A stretch of 64,000 bases of DNA. It comes from Negativicutes bacterium (lineage in GTDB: Bacteria; Bacillota; Negativicutes; JBAXTZ01). This document shows positions 10,929 to 19,367 of the stretch, one piece after another; within the stretch, counting starts at the first letter, position 1; every line of letters starts with the position of its first letter. Below the pieces are notes generated by a model. The model was not told where the DNA came from, did not search any database, and was given only the letters and a program-made list of their open reading frames with translations. The stretch lies in the NCBI GenBank assembly GCA_041666525.1, contig JBAYGT010000001.1, positions 334,426 through 398,425 on the forward strand, given 5' to 3'. A program made the position numbers and the translations under genes.

Positions 10929-11921
10929 TTAAACTATGCAAGCTTCAGCACTCAATTCTTCAAGTTCACTGCGATGTCCGATAACTATCAGCACATCACC
11001 ACTCTCAAGAATTTCTTCCGATATCGGATTGGTTATTAAGTCCTCGCCGCGTTTGATAGCTACAATTATCGTATTGTAACGGTGTTTTATATCGCTGTCA
11101 TGAATTGTCCGGCCAACGATACTGGAGTTTTTGCAAACCTTGACTTGCGCCATGTCTAAATGCAAGTTCTCGTTGAAAAACACGTTTTCTAAAAGATCGG
11201 TTATTATCGGCTTGGTCATCGAACGCACCATTTGCCGTCCGCTCATTTCCGATGGAAAAATGACTGTATCCGCACCGGCTTTGCGCAACTTGTCTTCTGA
11301 CCCGTCACGTTCGGCGCGAGACACAATAAATATATTCGGATTCAGCGATTTTGCCGCCAGCGCCACATAAACATTATCGGCATCGCTGGACATTGTGGTA
11401 ATGATTCCCCGTGCCCGCTCGATTCCGGCAATTTTTAGTTGCTCATCAGTGGTGGCATCACCAAAAATAGCTATTGCCTGCTGGCTTACCAACCATTTAT
11501 AGGTCTTCTCTTGCGACTCAATAACCACAAATTTTTCTTTTTCTTCTTTAAGCCGTTTAACGACATTGCGTCCTACACGACCGCAGCCGCAAACAATTAT
11601 ATGGTTTTTCAATCCGTTGATATGTCGCTCCATACCTTGCCTCCCAAATAAATTTACAATTTCTCCCTCAATAATCATTTTAATCAATATACCAATCGTA
11701 TAGTACGCCGTACCGACACCAACAATAATCAGAAAGCAGGCATAGATCTTGCCCAGTACAGTGACCGGTACAATATCACCGTAACCCACGGTACCAATTG
11801 TAACAAAAGTGAAGTAAAACGAATCAACCCAACTCAGATTTTCAAAATAATGAGCGCCAATACTGCCAAAAAAAATCACCGCCGCCAAAATGGCAAACGC
11901 AAATTTAGCGCGTTTTAACAT
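10929..11921 (-). CDS. Potassium channel with a C-terminal RCK/TrkA-N domain (MthK-like)
   Basis: Selectivity filter TIGTVGYGD and Rossmann-type motif IIVCGCGRVG. Start moved to the ATG at 11921 (GGAGG + 6 nt), because the track start at 11942 is a GTG upstream of that RBS. Confidence 0.8.
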   Translation of the reverse strand: MLKRAKFAFAILAAVIFFGSIGAHYFENLSWVDSFYFTFVTIGTVGYGDIVPVTVLGKIYACFLIIVGVGTAYYTIGILIKMIIEGEIVNLFGRQGMERHINGLKNHIIVCGCGRVGRNVVKRLKEEKEKFVVIESQEKTYKWLVSQQAIAIFGDATTDEQLKIAGIERARGIITTMSSDADNVYVALAAKSLNPNIFIVSRAERDGSEDKLRKAGADTVIFPSEMSGRQMVRSMTKPIITDLLENVFFNENLHLDMAQVKVCKNSSIVGRTIHDSDIKHRYNTIIVAIKRGEDLITNPISEEILESGDVLIVIGHRSELEELSAEACIV

Positions 11922-11946
11922 ATATAACCTCCGTGAGTGCACTAAG

Positions 11947-14109
11947 CTATTTTGCGCTCCGTAACCGCAAAGCGTTCAGCGCAACCGAAACCGAACTAAG
12001 CGACATTGCCAGTCCGCACAACGCCGGACTGATATCAGAAAACATTGCCAACGGCAGCATGACTATATTATATACTATGGCCCAGGCAAAATTCTGCTTA
12101 ATATTGCGGATAGTCGCACGGCTGATAACAAATATTTCCGCAATCAATTCCAAATCATCACGCAATACGTTTACTGCCGCTGACAACTGAGCAACATCGG
12201 CTCCTTGCGCTACAGCAATTCCAACATCAGCACCGGCCAGCGCCACAGCATCATTTATTCCGTCGCCACACATCGCAACAATCGAACTCTGTAATTGCAG
12301 CTTCTTCACTAACTCAATCTTATCAAACGGGGTCAATGCATAATAGTATTCAGAAATACCGGTAGCCTCTGCGATATGCACTACACTTGCTTCGGTGTCA
12401 CCACTGGCAATAATCGGTTTTATGTCTTGCCCGATTAGTGTTTCTACTATTCGTTTGGCATTATCGCGCAACTTATCAGCTAATTTAAATTCTGCCGCTA
12501 ATTGTCCGGCAACTGCTAAATAAACATTTCCAGCCATATCGGCGGTGGCAGCAACAACATCAATGGCATTTTCGCGCATGAATCGCGCCGAGCCCAGCAA
12601 CACTTCTCGGCCTGACTCCATCGCTATAATACCTTTACCAATAATTTCCCGAGTTTCCGATAAATCCAAACGCTCAGTTGTAAACATTGCCAACGTTTTA
12701 GAAAACGGATGTTTGGACAACGAACCAAGCGATGCCGCCAATTTTATGCAATCACTGTCAGAGAACTTATTAAAAGTATCCATCGACTCAACTATCGGCT
12801 GATTGGTCGTCAAAGTTCCGGTTTTATCAAAAATCAAACAATCTACCGACGCTGCCCGTTCCAGCGCTTCGCCGTCGCGAAAAACCATCCCAAGCTTTAA
12901 TGCCCGGCCGGTAGCCGCCATTATCGCAAGCGGAGTTGCCAGACCAATAGCACAAGGACAGGCTGCCACCAAAACCGCCGCCGCCCGCCATAATGCTGCG
13001 CTAAAGTCTCCCGGCGCAAAAACGAACAACCACAATAAAAAAGTCACTATTGCCAGAAAGAATACAACTAACGAAAACTTCGCGGCAATTCTATCAGCAA
13101 TACGCTGAAGTTTTGGCCGCTTTTGCTGGGCATTCATCAGCGCATCGACAATTTTTGCAAGAACGCTGTCCGCAGCTACTTTTTCGACAACAACCGTAAT
13201 CGCGCCATCAACGTTAACTGTACCGGAAAATATCTTACTATCAATACTTTTAAATACCGGTAATGCTTCACCTGTCAGCATCGATTCATCGAACAGCGCT
13301 TCTCCGGTTAGTAGCGAGCCGTCGGCCGGCGCGACATCACCGGCACGCAGCACAAACACATCACCCGGCAACAATGCCGCAGCTGCAATTTCCTGATAAG
13401 CGCTATCAATCAAAACTGTAGCCGTTCGCGCTGAATTTTGCATCAATTGCCGTAATGCCGCCGTAGCGTCGCCACGTGCCCGTATCTCCAACCATTTTCC
13501 GAACAAAATAAAAGCAATCAGCAACGCTGATGTTTCAAAAAAAGCGTGTTGATGTCTGGTAAATAACGCGGCATAAACGCTGAATAAATATACTATCGAC
13601 GTACCAGCCGCAACCAGCATATCCATACCGATTGTCCATTTACGCAAATCATTCCAGGCGCCGCGATAAAAAATCCGTCCGCCGATTATCTGTACCAAAC
13701 CGGAAAACAACATTTGCACATACAACGCCATCTTGTTGTGCATATCCATTTGCCCGCTGGCAGCCAACCCTAAATACATTAGCAACGGTAACGTCAGCAA
13801 CGCTGATAATTGGAAGGTGATTTTATATTTATGTTTTTCAGCATCAGCCGACTTTTGCATATCTTCGGCCTGCTCAACAAGCGAGACGTCGGCCGGAATT
13901 TCCGTAACAGTATAACCAAAATCACTGACCAGGCTTATTAACAATGGCGACAACACCAATTTTTCCTCAAAAACAATCTTCGCCCGATTGAGCGCAAGAA
14001 TAACAGTGGCATTAACCACGCCATTTTGCAGTTTTAATGCGCGCTCAATCTTCCCGGCGCAACCGGCGCAATGCATGCCCTGAATACTAATGTTCAGTGT
14101 TCGATTCAT
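11947..14109 (-). CDS. copA: Heavy-metal (Cu+-type) translocating P1B-type ATPase
   Basis: 720 aa with the N-terminal HMA motif GMHCAGC, TM CPC, DKTGTLT, GDGINDA, and the YN / MSLSS transmembrane motifs typical of Cu(I) pumps. Confidence 0.85.
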   Translation of the reverse strand: MNRTLNISIQGMHCAGCAGKIERALKLQNGVVNATVILALNRAKIVFEEKLVLSPLLISLVSDFGYTVTEIPADVSLVEQAEDMQKSADAEKHKYKITFQLSALLTLPLLMYLGLAASGQMDMHNKMALYVQMLFSGLVQIIGGRIFYRGAWNDLRKWTIGMDMLVAAGTSIVYLFSVYAALFTRHQHAFFETSALLIAFILFGKWLEIRARGDATAALRQLMQNSARTATVLIDSAYQEIAAAALLPGDVFVLRAGDVAPADGSLLTGEALFDESMLTGEALPVFKSIDSKIFSGTVNVDGAITVVVEKVAADSVLAKIVDALMNAQQKRPKLQRIADRIAAKFSLVVFFLAIVTFLLWLFVFAPGDFSAALWRAAAVLVAACPCAIGLATPLAIMAATGRALKLGMVFRDGEALERAASVDCLIFDKTGTLTTNQPIVESMDTFNKFSDSDCIKLAASLGSLSKHPFSKTLAMFTTERLDLSETREIIGKGIIAMESGREVLLGSARFMRENAIDVVAATADMAGNVYLAVAGQLAAEFKLADKLRDNAKRIVETLIGQDIKPIIASGDTEASVVHIAEATGISEYYYALTPFDKIELVKKLQLQSSIVAMCGDGINDAVALAGADVGIAVAQGADVAQLSAAVNVLRDDLELIAEIFVISRATIRNIKQNFAWAIVYNIVMLPLAMFSDISPALCGLAMSLSSVSVALNALRLRSAK

Positions 14110-14135
14110 ACCGTACCTGCTTTATAAAGCGTTAT

Positions 14136-14163
14136 TTGACAACAGCTATTTTGAAGTTATAAT
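14136..14163 (+). promoter_or_regulatory. Consensus sigma-A promoter for the LUD-domain gene
   Basis: TTGACA (14136-14141), a 16-nt spacer, then TATAAT (14158-14163), about 30 nt upstream of the start at 14194. Confidence 0.6.
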
Positions 14164-14193
14164 TGGTATGTAAATAAACTTATGAGGTGAAAT

Positions 14194-14829
14194 ATGAATA
14201 TTAAAAACTGGCACAGCTCAACCTTGGCAGGTCAAACCGTTAAAAATCTTCGTGATAATCATTTTACTGCTGAATACTTTGCCGATCGTGACGAAGCAGT
14301 TAAATACATTTTATCGTTAATCGACACCACCGATTCAGTGGGTACCGGCGGCTCGATGACGCTTACTGAATTGGGAATTCACGAAATGCTTGTTAAACGC
14401 GGCAATACGTTGCTCGACCACAGTACGGCCAAAACTAACGAGGAATCTATGGAGATCTGCCGCAACCAGCTGACATCAGATGTCTTTCTCAGCAGCGCCA
14501 ATGCAATAAGTTTGGACGGGAAAATCGTAAACATCGATGGTCGTTGTAACCGCGTAGCCGCACTTAGCTTCGGGCCAAAAAGAGTAATAGTTGTCGCCGG
14601 TATCAATAAAATTGCCGCTGATTTAAATGCAGCGATATACCGTGCCCGCAATATCGCCGCACCAATGAACGCCAAACGCCTGAACAAAAAAACTCCCTGC
14701 GCTGTCACCGGAACGTGTAGCGATTGCAAGTCACCTGAACGCATTTGCCGGGCATTCCAAGTGTTACATCAACGCCCTTATGCCATAGACTACCACATTG
14801 TCTTAATCGGCGAGCATCTCGGTTACTAA
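14194..14829 (+). CDS. LUD-domain (lactate-utilization C-like, DUF162) protein
   Basis: 211 aa with RBS GAGGTGA. Has the GTGGSMT segment and a C-terminal Cys cluster (CAVTGTCSDCKSPERIC) typical of this family. Confidence 0.6.
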   Translation: MNIKNWHSSTLAGQTVKNLRDNHFTAEYFADRDEAVKYILSLIDTTDSVGTGGSMTLTELGIHEMLVKRGNTLLDHSTAKTNEESMEICRNQLTSDVFLSSANAISLDGKIVNIDGRCNRVAALSFGPKRVIVVAGINKIAADLNAAIYRARNIAAPMNAKRLNKKTPCAVTGTCSDCKSPERICRAFQVLHQRPYAIDYHIVLIGEHLGY

Positions 14830-14847
14830 ACCATTATAGCATATAAC

Positions 14848-14880
14848 AAAAACGACTTGTGTTGACAAGTCGTTTTTTAT
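14848..14880. terminator. Bidirectional rho-independent terminator
   Basis: aaaaacgacttgt-gttg-acaagtcgttttt is a perfect 13-bp stem flanked by an A-run and a T-run, lying between convergent genes. Confidence 0.8.
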
Positions 14881-14884
14881 TTTG

Positions 14885-15667
14885 CTAAACAATGATATTA
14901 TTCAAGAATCGCTCGATTGTACTATTAAAAAGCTGGGGGTTTTCTAGTTTGCTCAAATGTCCGACCCCCGGCAAAATTTCTAATTTAGATCCTTTGATAT
15001 TTTCGTTAATAAATTGTGCCGCACTGACCGGAGTGGACTGATCACGCTCACCGACGACGACACAAGTCGGTACACGCACCGATTTCAGGCAATCACGAAA
15101 ATCAACCGAAAAAGTTGCCGTTGTCGCCAACTTATAAGGCTCTTTGCGATTTTGGCGAAAAATATTGAACGCTTCATCATACACGCTCTGCGCAAAATCA
15201 TAAGGCATACAAGCGCGCACAATGAAATCCGCCATCGCATCCATACTAATTCTTTCAATCATCTCCAGCCGTTCCGGCAACTTTCCGGCGGCGCCGCCAC
15301 CGACAAATGCGGCGGTATTACATAATGACAGGCTCAGCATTCGTTCCTGTGCAGTTCGGGTCAATTCCTGGCAAACCAACCCACCCATCGACAACCCGAC
15401 AAAGTGTGCCTTATCAATCATTAATGCGTCAAGCAATGCAATTATATCGGCAGCAAACTGTTCCATAGTAATTTCTGCCTCACCACCGCGGCTGGCGCCA
15501 TGACCACGCAAATCCATCGCGATAACGCGATATTTAGCTTTAAAATAATCCGTCTGATTACGCCAGGACAATGCACTTTCCCCTAAACCATGAACAAAAA
15601 TAATACCAGCGCCAGTTCCTTCATCAATATAATTCATACGGACGCCGTTAATCTGCATAACACTCAT
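14885..15667 (-). CDS. Alpha/beta-fold hydrolase
   Basis: HGLGES oxyanion region and nucleophile elbow GLSMGG. Start set to the ATG at 15667 (GAGGAG upstream), because the track start at 15676 is a TTG. Confidence 0.75.
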   Translation of the reverse strand: MSVMQINGVRMNYIDEGTGAGIIFVHGLGESALSWRNQTDYFKAKYRVIAMDLRGHGASRGGEAEITMEQFAADIIALLDALMIDKAHFVGLSMGGLVCQELTRTAQERMLSLSLCNTAAFVGGGAAGKLPERLEMIERISMDAMADFIVRACMPYDFAQSVYDEAFNIFRQNRKEPYKLATTATFSVDFRDCLKSVRVPTCVVVGERDQSTPVSAAQFINENIKGSKLEILPGVGHLSKLENPQLFNSTIERFLNNIIV

Positions 15668-15695
15668 TAGCAACAACTCCTCTAATCACTCTGAA

Positions 15696-16151
15696 TCAAA
15701 GCCACCACGGCTGTTGGCTGCCATCATAGTTTTTTGGAACATCTGTCCACTCCGCCGTAGCCAATTCCGGCAATTCATTTTTTAGCGCTTCGATAAAATG
15801 CCCTTGTTTACAATTCACCGAGCAAGACGGACTGTTATTAATGCCAATTATTGTTTCCACAATACAGCCATCACTAATAAAATCACGCAAATCTTTGGCA
15901 ATAGTGCTAGCCGCTTCCCGACAGACAGCGATAAATTCCGGTGTTGAATACTGTTCATAAGATTTTTGCGAACGAGCTATTCCGGCATAAATCAACTCCG
16001 GGCAGGGTAATTGATAAATAGCGTAGTCATTATCTATTAAATACTTTACAAGTTCCTTCAACGCGCCACCGCTTCGTGCCAGATCATACACAACACTGTT
16101 TTGATTCAAAATGCAATGACTGACTACTGCAATTATCCTATTTCTTTTCAC
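15696..16151 (-). CDS. DUF523/TudS-related putative desulfidase
   Basis: 151 aa with conserved Cys positions (SHCILNQN, LPCPE, NNSPSCSV) resembling the 2-thiouracil desulfidase (TudS/DUF523) family. Overlaps the upstream membrane-protein gene by 14 nt. Confidence 0.45.
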   Translation of the reverse strand: MKRNRIIAVVSHCILNQNSVVYDLARSGGALKELVKYLIDNDYAIYQLPCPELIYAGIARSQKSYEQYSTPEFIAVCREAASTIAKDLRDFISDGCIVETIIGINNSPSCSVNCKQGHFIEALKNELPELATAEWTDVPKNYDGSQQPWWL

Positions 16152-16698
16152 GGCTACCTCTTAAACAACTCTGCAATCCGGCGCGGTTGATGATTTCTAC
16201 TGCAAACAAACAGCAAAGGATTTTATCAATCAAATTTTCACCGACCCGCGGAAAAAACGCTGCGGAGAAAATGCTTTGTCCGCTTTGTTTTAACGTCAGA
16301 AAAAATATATCCAGCGTTCCGCCCGCCAATCCGCCAAACAGATAAATAGCTATCGGTGTACCAATCAACGGAGCGGTGAAAGAAATTACAACTCCGGTAA
16401 CCACCGCTGTTGTTTTTGTAAAACGAAACCGTTGTGCAACGAGCCCGACCAACATTCCGATCCAAAAATTAACCAAAGCAAACGGAATTTCTTTTGGACT
16501 GAAAACAATTCCGATTATCACATTGGTTAAAATACCAATAAGTCCGCCGATCCACGGACCATATACAACCGCTCCGAGAATCGTACCAAGCGCATCTAAA
16601 AACACAAACGGTACATTGAGATATTTGGCGCTCAAACCTAAAACAATATTGATCGCCACACACAACCCGGCAAATACAACTGCTTTTCGACTATTCAT
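16138..16698 (-). CDS. ECF-transporter S-component-like membrane protein
   Basis: 186 aa with about 5-6 hydrophobic helices. Size and topology fit an ECF substrate-capture component. RBS AGGTGA. Confidence 0.5.
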   Translation of the reverse strand: MNSRKAVVFAGLCVAINIVLGLSAKYLNVPFVFLDALGTILGAVVYGPWIGGLIGILTNVIIGIVFSPKEIPFALVNFWIGMLVGLVAQRFRFTKTTAVVTGVVISFTAPLIGTPIAIYLFGGLAGGTLDIFFLTLKQSGQSIFSAAFFPRVGENLIDKILCCLFAVEIINRAGLQSCLRGSREKK

Positions 16699-16706
16699 CT
16701 ACTCAC

Positions 16707-17141
16707 CTAATAATTCAGTTTCGTAATTATTTGTTTAGCATAAGGAATAATCTGCTGGTAAACTTCGGCATAAGTCAGATTTTCAGGCAGCTCTTCAAAT
16801 AACCGATATTCCGCAATTTCCGATTCAGGTTTTATCCCCAACTCATTCACCTTAGAAAAAAACAAACAACCATATGAAACTAGACCATTACTAGTTACTC
16901 GGTAATGAAGTAATTCAGTCAATTGATGTTCAACTACACCTGTTTCCTCGTACATCTCACGGTGTGCCGCTTCAACAGCTGTCTCTCCTAGTTCAACGTG
17001 TCCACCAGGAAATTCCCAGGTGCTACGATCTTTATGGCGAACCATAAACCATTTTTCATTATACTGACTGACCATAACTACATAGTCAAATTTTACCAAA
17101 ACAGCATCAACATCTTCAATTATCTCTACGTATAAGCTCAT
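16707..17141 (-). CDS. NUDIX hydrolase
   Basis: NUDIX box [23 protein letters not shown]. Confidence 0.85.
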   Translation of the reverse strand: MSLYVEIIEDVDAVLVKFDYVVMVSQYNEKWFMVRHKDRSTWEFPGGHVELGETAVEAAHREMYEETGVVEHQLTELLHYRVTSNGLVSYGCLFFSKVNELGIKPESEIAEYRLFEELPENLTYAEVYQQIIPYAKQIITKLNY

Positions 17142-17196
17142 TGTTCTAAATCATCGACTTTCTTAACATGCTCCAATAATATCAACAAATCACATA

Positions 17197-17223
17197 GTTC
17201 GACACAAACAGTTGTTTTCCTGC
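17197..17223 (-). promoter_or_regulatory. Sigma-H-type promoter (site A) upstream of the NUDIX / ECF-S / TudS-like genes
   Basis: The minus strand reads GCAGGAAAACAACTGTTTGTGTCGAAC, that is AGGAAAA, 14 nt, then GAAC. It contains TGTCGAA, which matches the Spo0A-box consensus TGNCGAA. Confidence 0.5.
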
Positions 17224-17253
17224 TCAAATCATAAATTAAGTTGTTTTTATAAA

Positions 17254-17296
17254 CAAAAAAACCTGCATATTTCGTATAAACCGAAACTTCTGCAGG
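17254..17296 (-). terminator. Rho-independent terminator after the tRNA-Ser pair
   Basis: Minus strand CCTGCAGAAGTTTCG-GTTTATA-CGAAATATGCAGG followed by TTTTTTTG. Confidence 0.6.
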
Positions 17297-17308
17297 CATT
17301 GATTTTAC

Positions 17309-17399
17309 TGGCGGAGTGGAGAGGATTTGAACCTCCGCCCCAGTTTCCCGGGCTAACGGTTTAGCAAACCGCCCTCTTGAGCCACTTGAGTACCACTCC
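17309..17399 (-). tRNA. tRNA-Ser (anticodon GCU)
   Basis: Reverse complement GGAGTGGTACTCAAGTGG...GCGGT-TTGCTAA-ACCGT, with a long variable arm, GGTTCAAATCC T-loop and ...CCACTCCGCCA. Cloverleaf with an encoded CCA. Confidence 0.9.
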
Positions 17400-17415
17400 G
17401 TTATTGAAAGTAATC

Positions 17416-17504
17416 TGGCGGAAGGGGTGGGATTCGAACCCACGGCCCCTTGCGGGGTCACTGGTTTTCAAGACCAGCTCCATAAACCGCTCGGACACCC
17501 TTCC
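17416..17504 (-). tRNA. tRNA-Ser (anticodon UGA)
   Basis: Reverse complement GGAAGGGTGTCCGAGCGG...CTGGT-CTTGAAA-ACCAG, with a long variable arm, GGTTCGAATCC T-loop and ...CCCTTCCGCCA. Confidence 0.9.
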
Positions 17505-17520
17505 AAGAGATACGAATGAT

Positions 17521-17549
17521 ATTATATTAAAAGCTGTTCAACTTGTCAA
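17521..17549 (-). promoter_or_regulatory. Consensus sigma-A promoter for the tRNA-Ser genes
   Basis: Minus strand TTGACA, 17 nt, then TATAAT. The -10 ends about 16 nt upstream of the tRNA 5' end. Confidence 0.7.
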
Positions 17550-17571
17550 CAACCCAACTGCTTTTTCATTA

Positions 17572-18279
17572 CTATTGCAACTCGCACACTACTTCGACCG
17601 ACGCCTTAAACTGCAGTGCCCCCGGTGAAACCGACACACTACCACCACCGGCGCCGCCACCCTTGTTTGCCGAGAACATTATCATATCATCATTATAGTT
17701 GTTCCCAGACACTTCCCGGATTACGATTGCCTTTCCGAGCTTTCGCCCGGCAGACGTAGCCATAATATCAGCTTTGTGCAGTGCATCAATTACCGCTATT
17801 TTTAAAGCTTCATTTTGTGTTTCGACACGGTCTTTTTTAATAAATCGAATATCGCCGATTTGGTTGGCACCGGCAGAAATGCACAAATTCAGCAACGTAC
17901 CAATCGTTTCAAAATTATCGATAATCACAGTCACACTATTCCCCGACTGATAACCGTGAATCTGCGGTTTTTTATTTTGATCACCGTTATCCCACATCGG
18001 ATATACGTTAATTCTTCCGGTTGTAATGTTTTTTTCGTTTACAGTCAAGAGCAACTGCCGCTTGACTTTCGCCATTATTTCATTGTTTTGCTGTTGCACA
18101 GTGCGCAAGTCAGCACCAACTACCAACACTCCGATATCAATTTTCGCCTGATCCGGCGCAACTTCTACCACCCCGTCGCCACGAGCAACAACAGTGTTGC
18201 GCAAATCAACATTTTCAGCATTGCAGACCGTTGTAGATAGAAATAAACAGATAAAGAATAACATAACTAATTTTTTCAT
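17572..18279 (-). CDS. SIMPL-domain (DUF541/BP26-like) exported protein
   Basis: 235 aa with signal peptide MKKLVMLFFICLFLSTTVCNA. Shows a SIMPL-like pattern (VVARGDGVVEVAPDQA..., YQSGNSVTV...). RBS GGGAGG. Confidence 0.65.
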   Translation of the reverse strand: MKKLVMLFFICLFLSTTVCNAENVDLRNTVVARGDGVVEVAPDQAKIDIGVLVVGADLRTVQQQNNEIMAKVKRQLLLTVNEKNITTGRINVYPMWDNGDQNKKPQIHGYQSGNSVTVIIDNFETIGTLLNLCISAGANQIGDIRFIKKDRVETQNEALKIAVIDALHKADIMATSAGRKLGKAIVIREVSGNNYNDDMIMFSANKGGGAGGGSVSVSPGALQFKASVEVVCELQ

Positions 18280-18294
18280 GACAATTCCTCCCTT

Positions 18295-18903
18295 TTATAA
18301 TGTCGCAAGCACTGCCTTTAGCAAAAAATATCCCGCCATCATTAACATTACCAGCCGGGCGACGTTTTTGACCGCCGGATTGTTGAACAGTTTTGCAGAA
18401 ACGCCGAACAATGGTAAAAAATAAACACTCGTCCCAAGATAAAACCATAAAAAATATTCAACACCAGCTACCGCTGAAGCCTTGGAAAATACGACAATTA
18501 TCGCTGCAACAAGCGGCGGGCAAACAGCAATTCCAGTAAGCAGACCGAACAACAACGCCCCGCACCATGGTTTATAAACCCGTCCTAATTTTCCGCAAGG
18601 CTTGAACGTCGGAAAAGCGCCTAACAAACCACCAGTTAATAACGTCACGCCGATTAACCAGTTGGAAATTGCTGTCAGATTTTGAAACAAAGTCGCTTGC
18701 TCAGTTGCAACAAATGCACCGGCAAACCCGGCGACTGTTCCAACCGCTACATACGAAAACAAACGTCCTCCGAAAAATAACAGCAAGTGACCTGCAGTCC
18801 TTCGCCAACCAGTGTTTTCAGCAAATAAGAACGGCAACAGGTACATTCCGCAAGATAGCAAACAATACCATCCAGTTGACAAACCCAACAAGAATGCCTC
18901 CAT
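18295..18903 (-). CDS. DsbD_2/TauE-like polytopic membrane protein (cytochrome c biogenesis transmembrane-region family)
   Basis: 202 aa with about 6 TM helices and paired Cys residues in the first helix (WYCLLSCGMYLLP), resembling the HCxxMCGP motif of that family. Confidence 0.4.
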   Translation of the reverse strand: MEAFLLGLSTGWYCLLSCGMYLLPFLFAENTGWRRTAGHLLLFFGGRLFSYVAVGTVAGFAGAFVATEQATLFQNLTAISNWLIGVTLLTGGLLGAFPTFKPCGKLGRVYKPWCGALLFGLLTGIAVCPPLVAAIIVVFSKASAVAGVEYFLWFYLGTSVYFLPLFGVSAKLFNNPAVKNVARLVMLMMAGYFLLKAVLATL

Positions 18904-18904
18904 A

Positions 18905-19357
18905 TCAATGCCTGTTTTTCAATTTAACTCTGACCGCTACCGATTTGTCATCAAACAAATATACCCATTGCACATTTCCAGCATAACGATCGGTCGCCGT
19001 AAGTTTTGCGGTTAATTTAATCGTATCAACAATTATTCCAAAAACATAGCCGTCAATATTAATGTTCTCTTTTATCTCGGCCGGCAAGGTCGGCTGACCT
19101 TTTAAGCGAAATTGCACAAACCCTTCACGCGCATCGCCAAATACAGTCTTAAAAACCGGATGATTGACAGTAAGCTCATAACCTTTGCGTTGAACGGTAG
19201 TTGCCGGTTGGCCGCCGGAATACCAGGCAGTAGGATGAAGGCCGGTCATCAAAACAATTTTTTCCAGTTTATCCATACCGACAAATGAAAACACCATGAA
19301 CAAAATCGCTGCCACCGCAATCAAGTATGCGAAAAATGCTTTTATTTTTCCAAACAT
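18905..19357 (-). CDS. Hypothetical membrane-anchored protein
   Basis: N-terminal TM helix (AFFAYLIAVAAILFMVFSF) followed by a roughly 120-aa beta-rich domain. Start set to the ATG at 19357 (GAGGGGGA upstream), because the track start at 19375 is a TTG. I do not recognise a family. Confidence 0.45.
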   Translation of the reverse strand: MFGKIKAFFAYLIAVAAILFMVFSFVGMDKLEKIVLMTGLHPTAWYSGGQPATTVQRKGYELTVNHPVFKTVFGDAREGFVQFRLKGQPTLPAEIKENINIDGYVFGIIVDTIKLTAKLTATDRYAGNVQWVYLFDDKSVAVRVKLKNRH

Positions 19358-19367
19358 ACCATCCCCC

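Noticed and set aside
17309-17504. The tandem tRNA-Ser genes as a possible integration hotspot or genomic-island boundary.
   Set aside because: No integrase, recombinase, phage or transposase gene flanks them. I saw no duplicated tRNA 3'-end (att-like) repeat on either side within this window.
17138-17628. ORFs 17138-17461 (minus) and 17377-17628 (plus), which span the tRNA region.
   Set aside because: They overlap two well-formed tRNA-Ser genes and their promoter and terminator. Their translations have no protein-like features.
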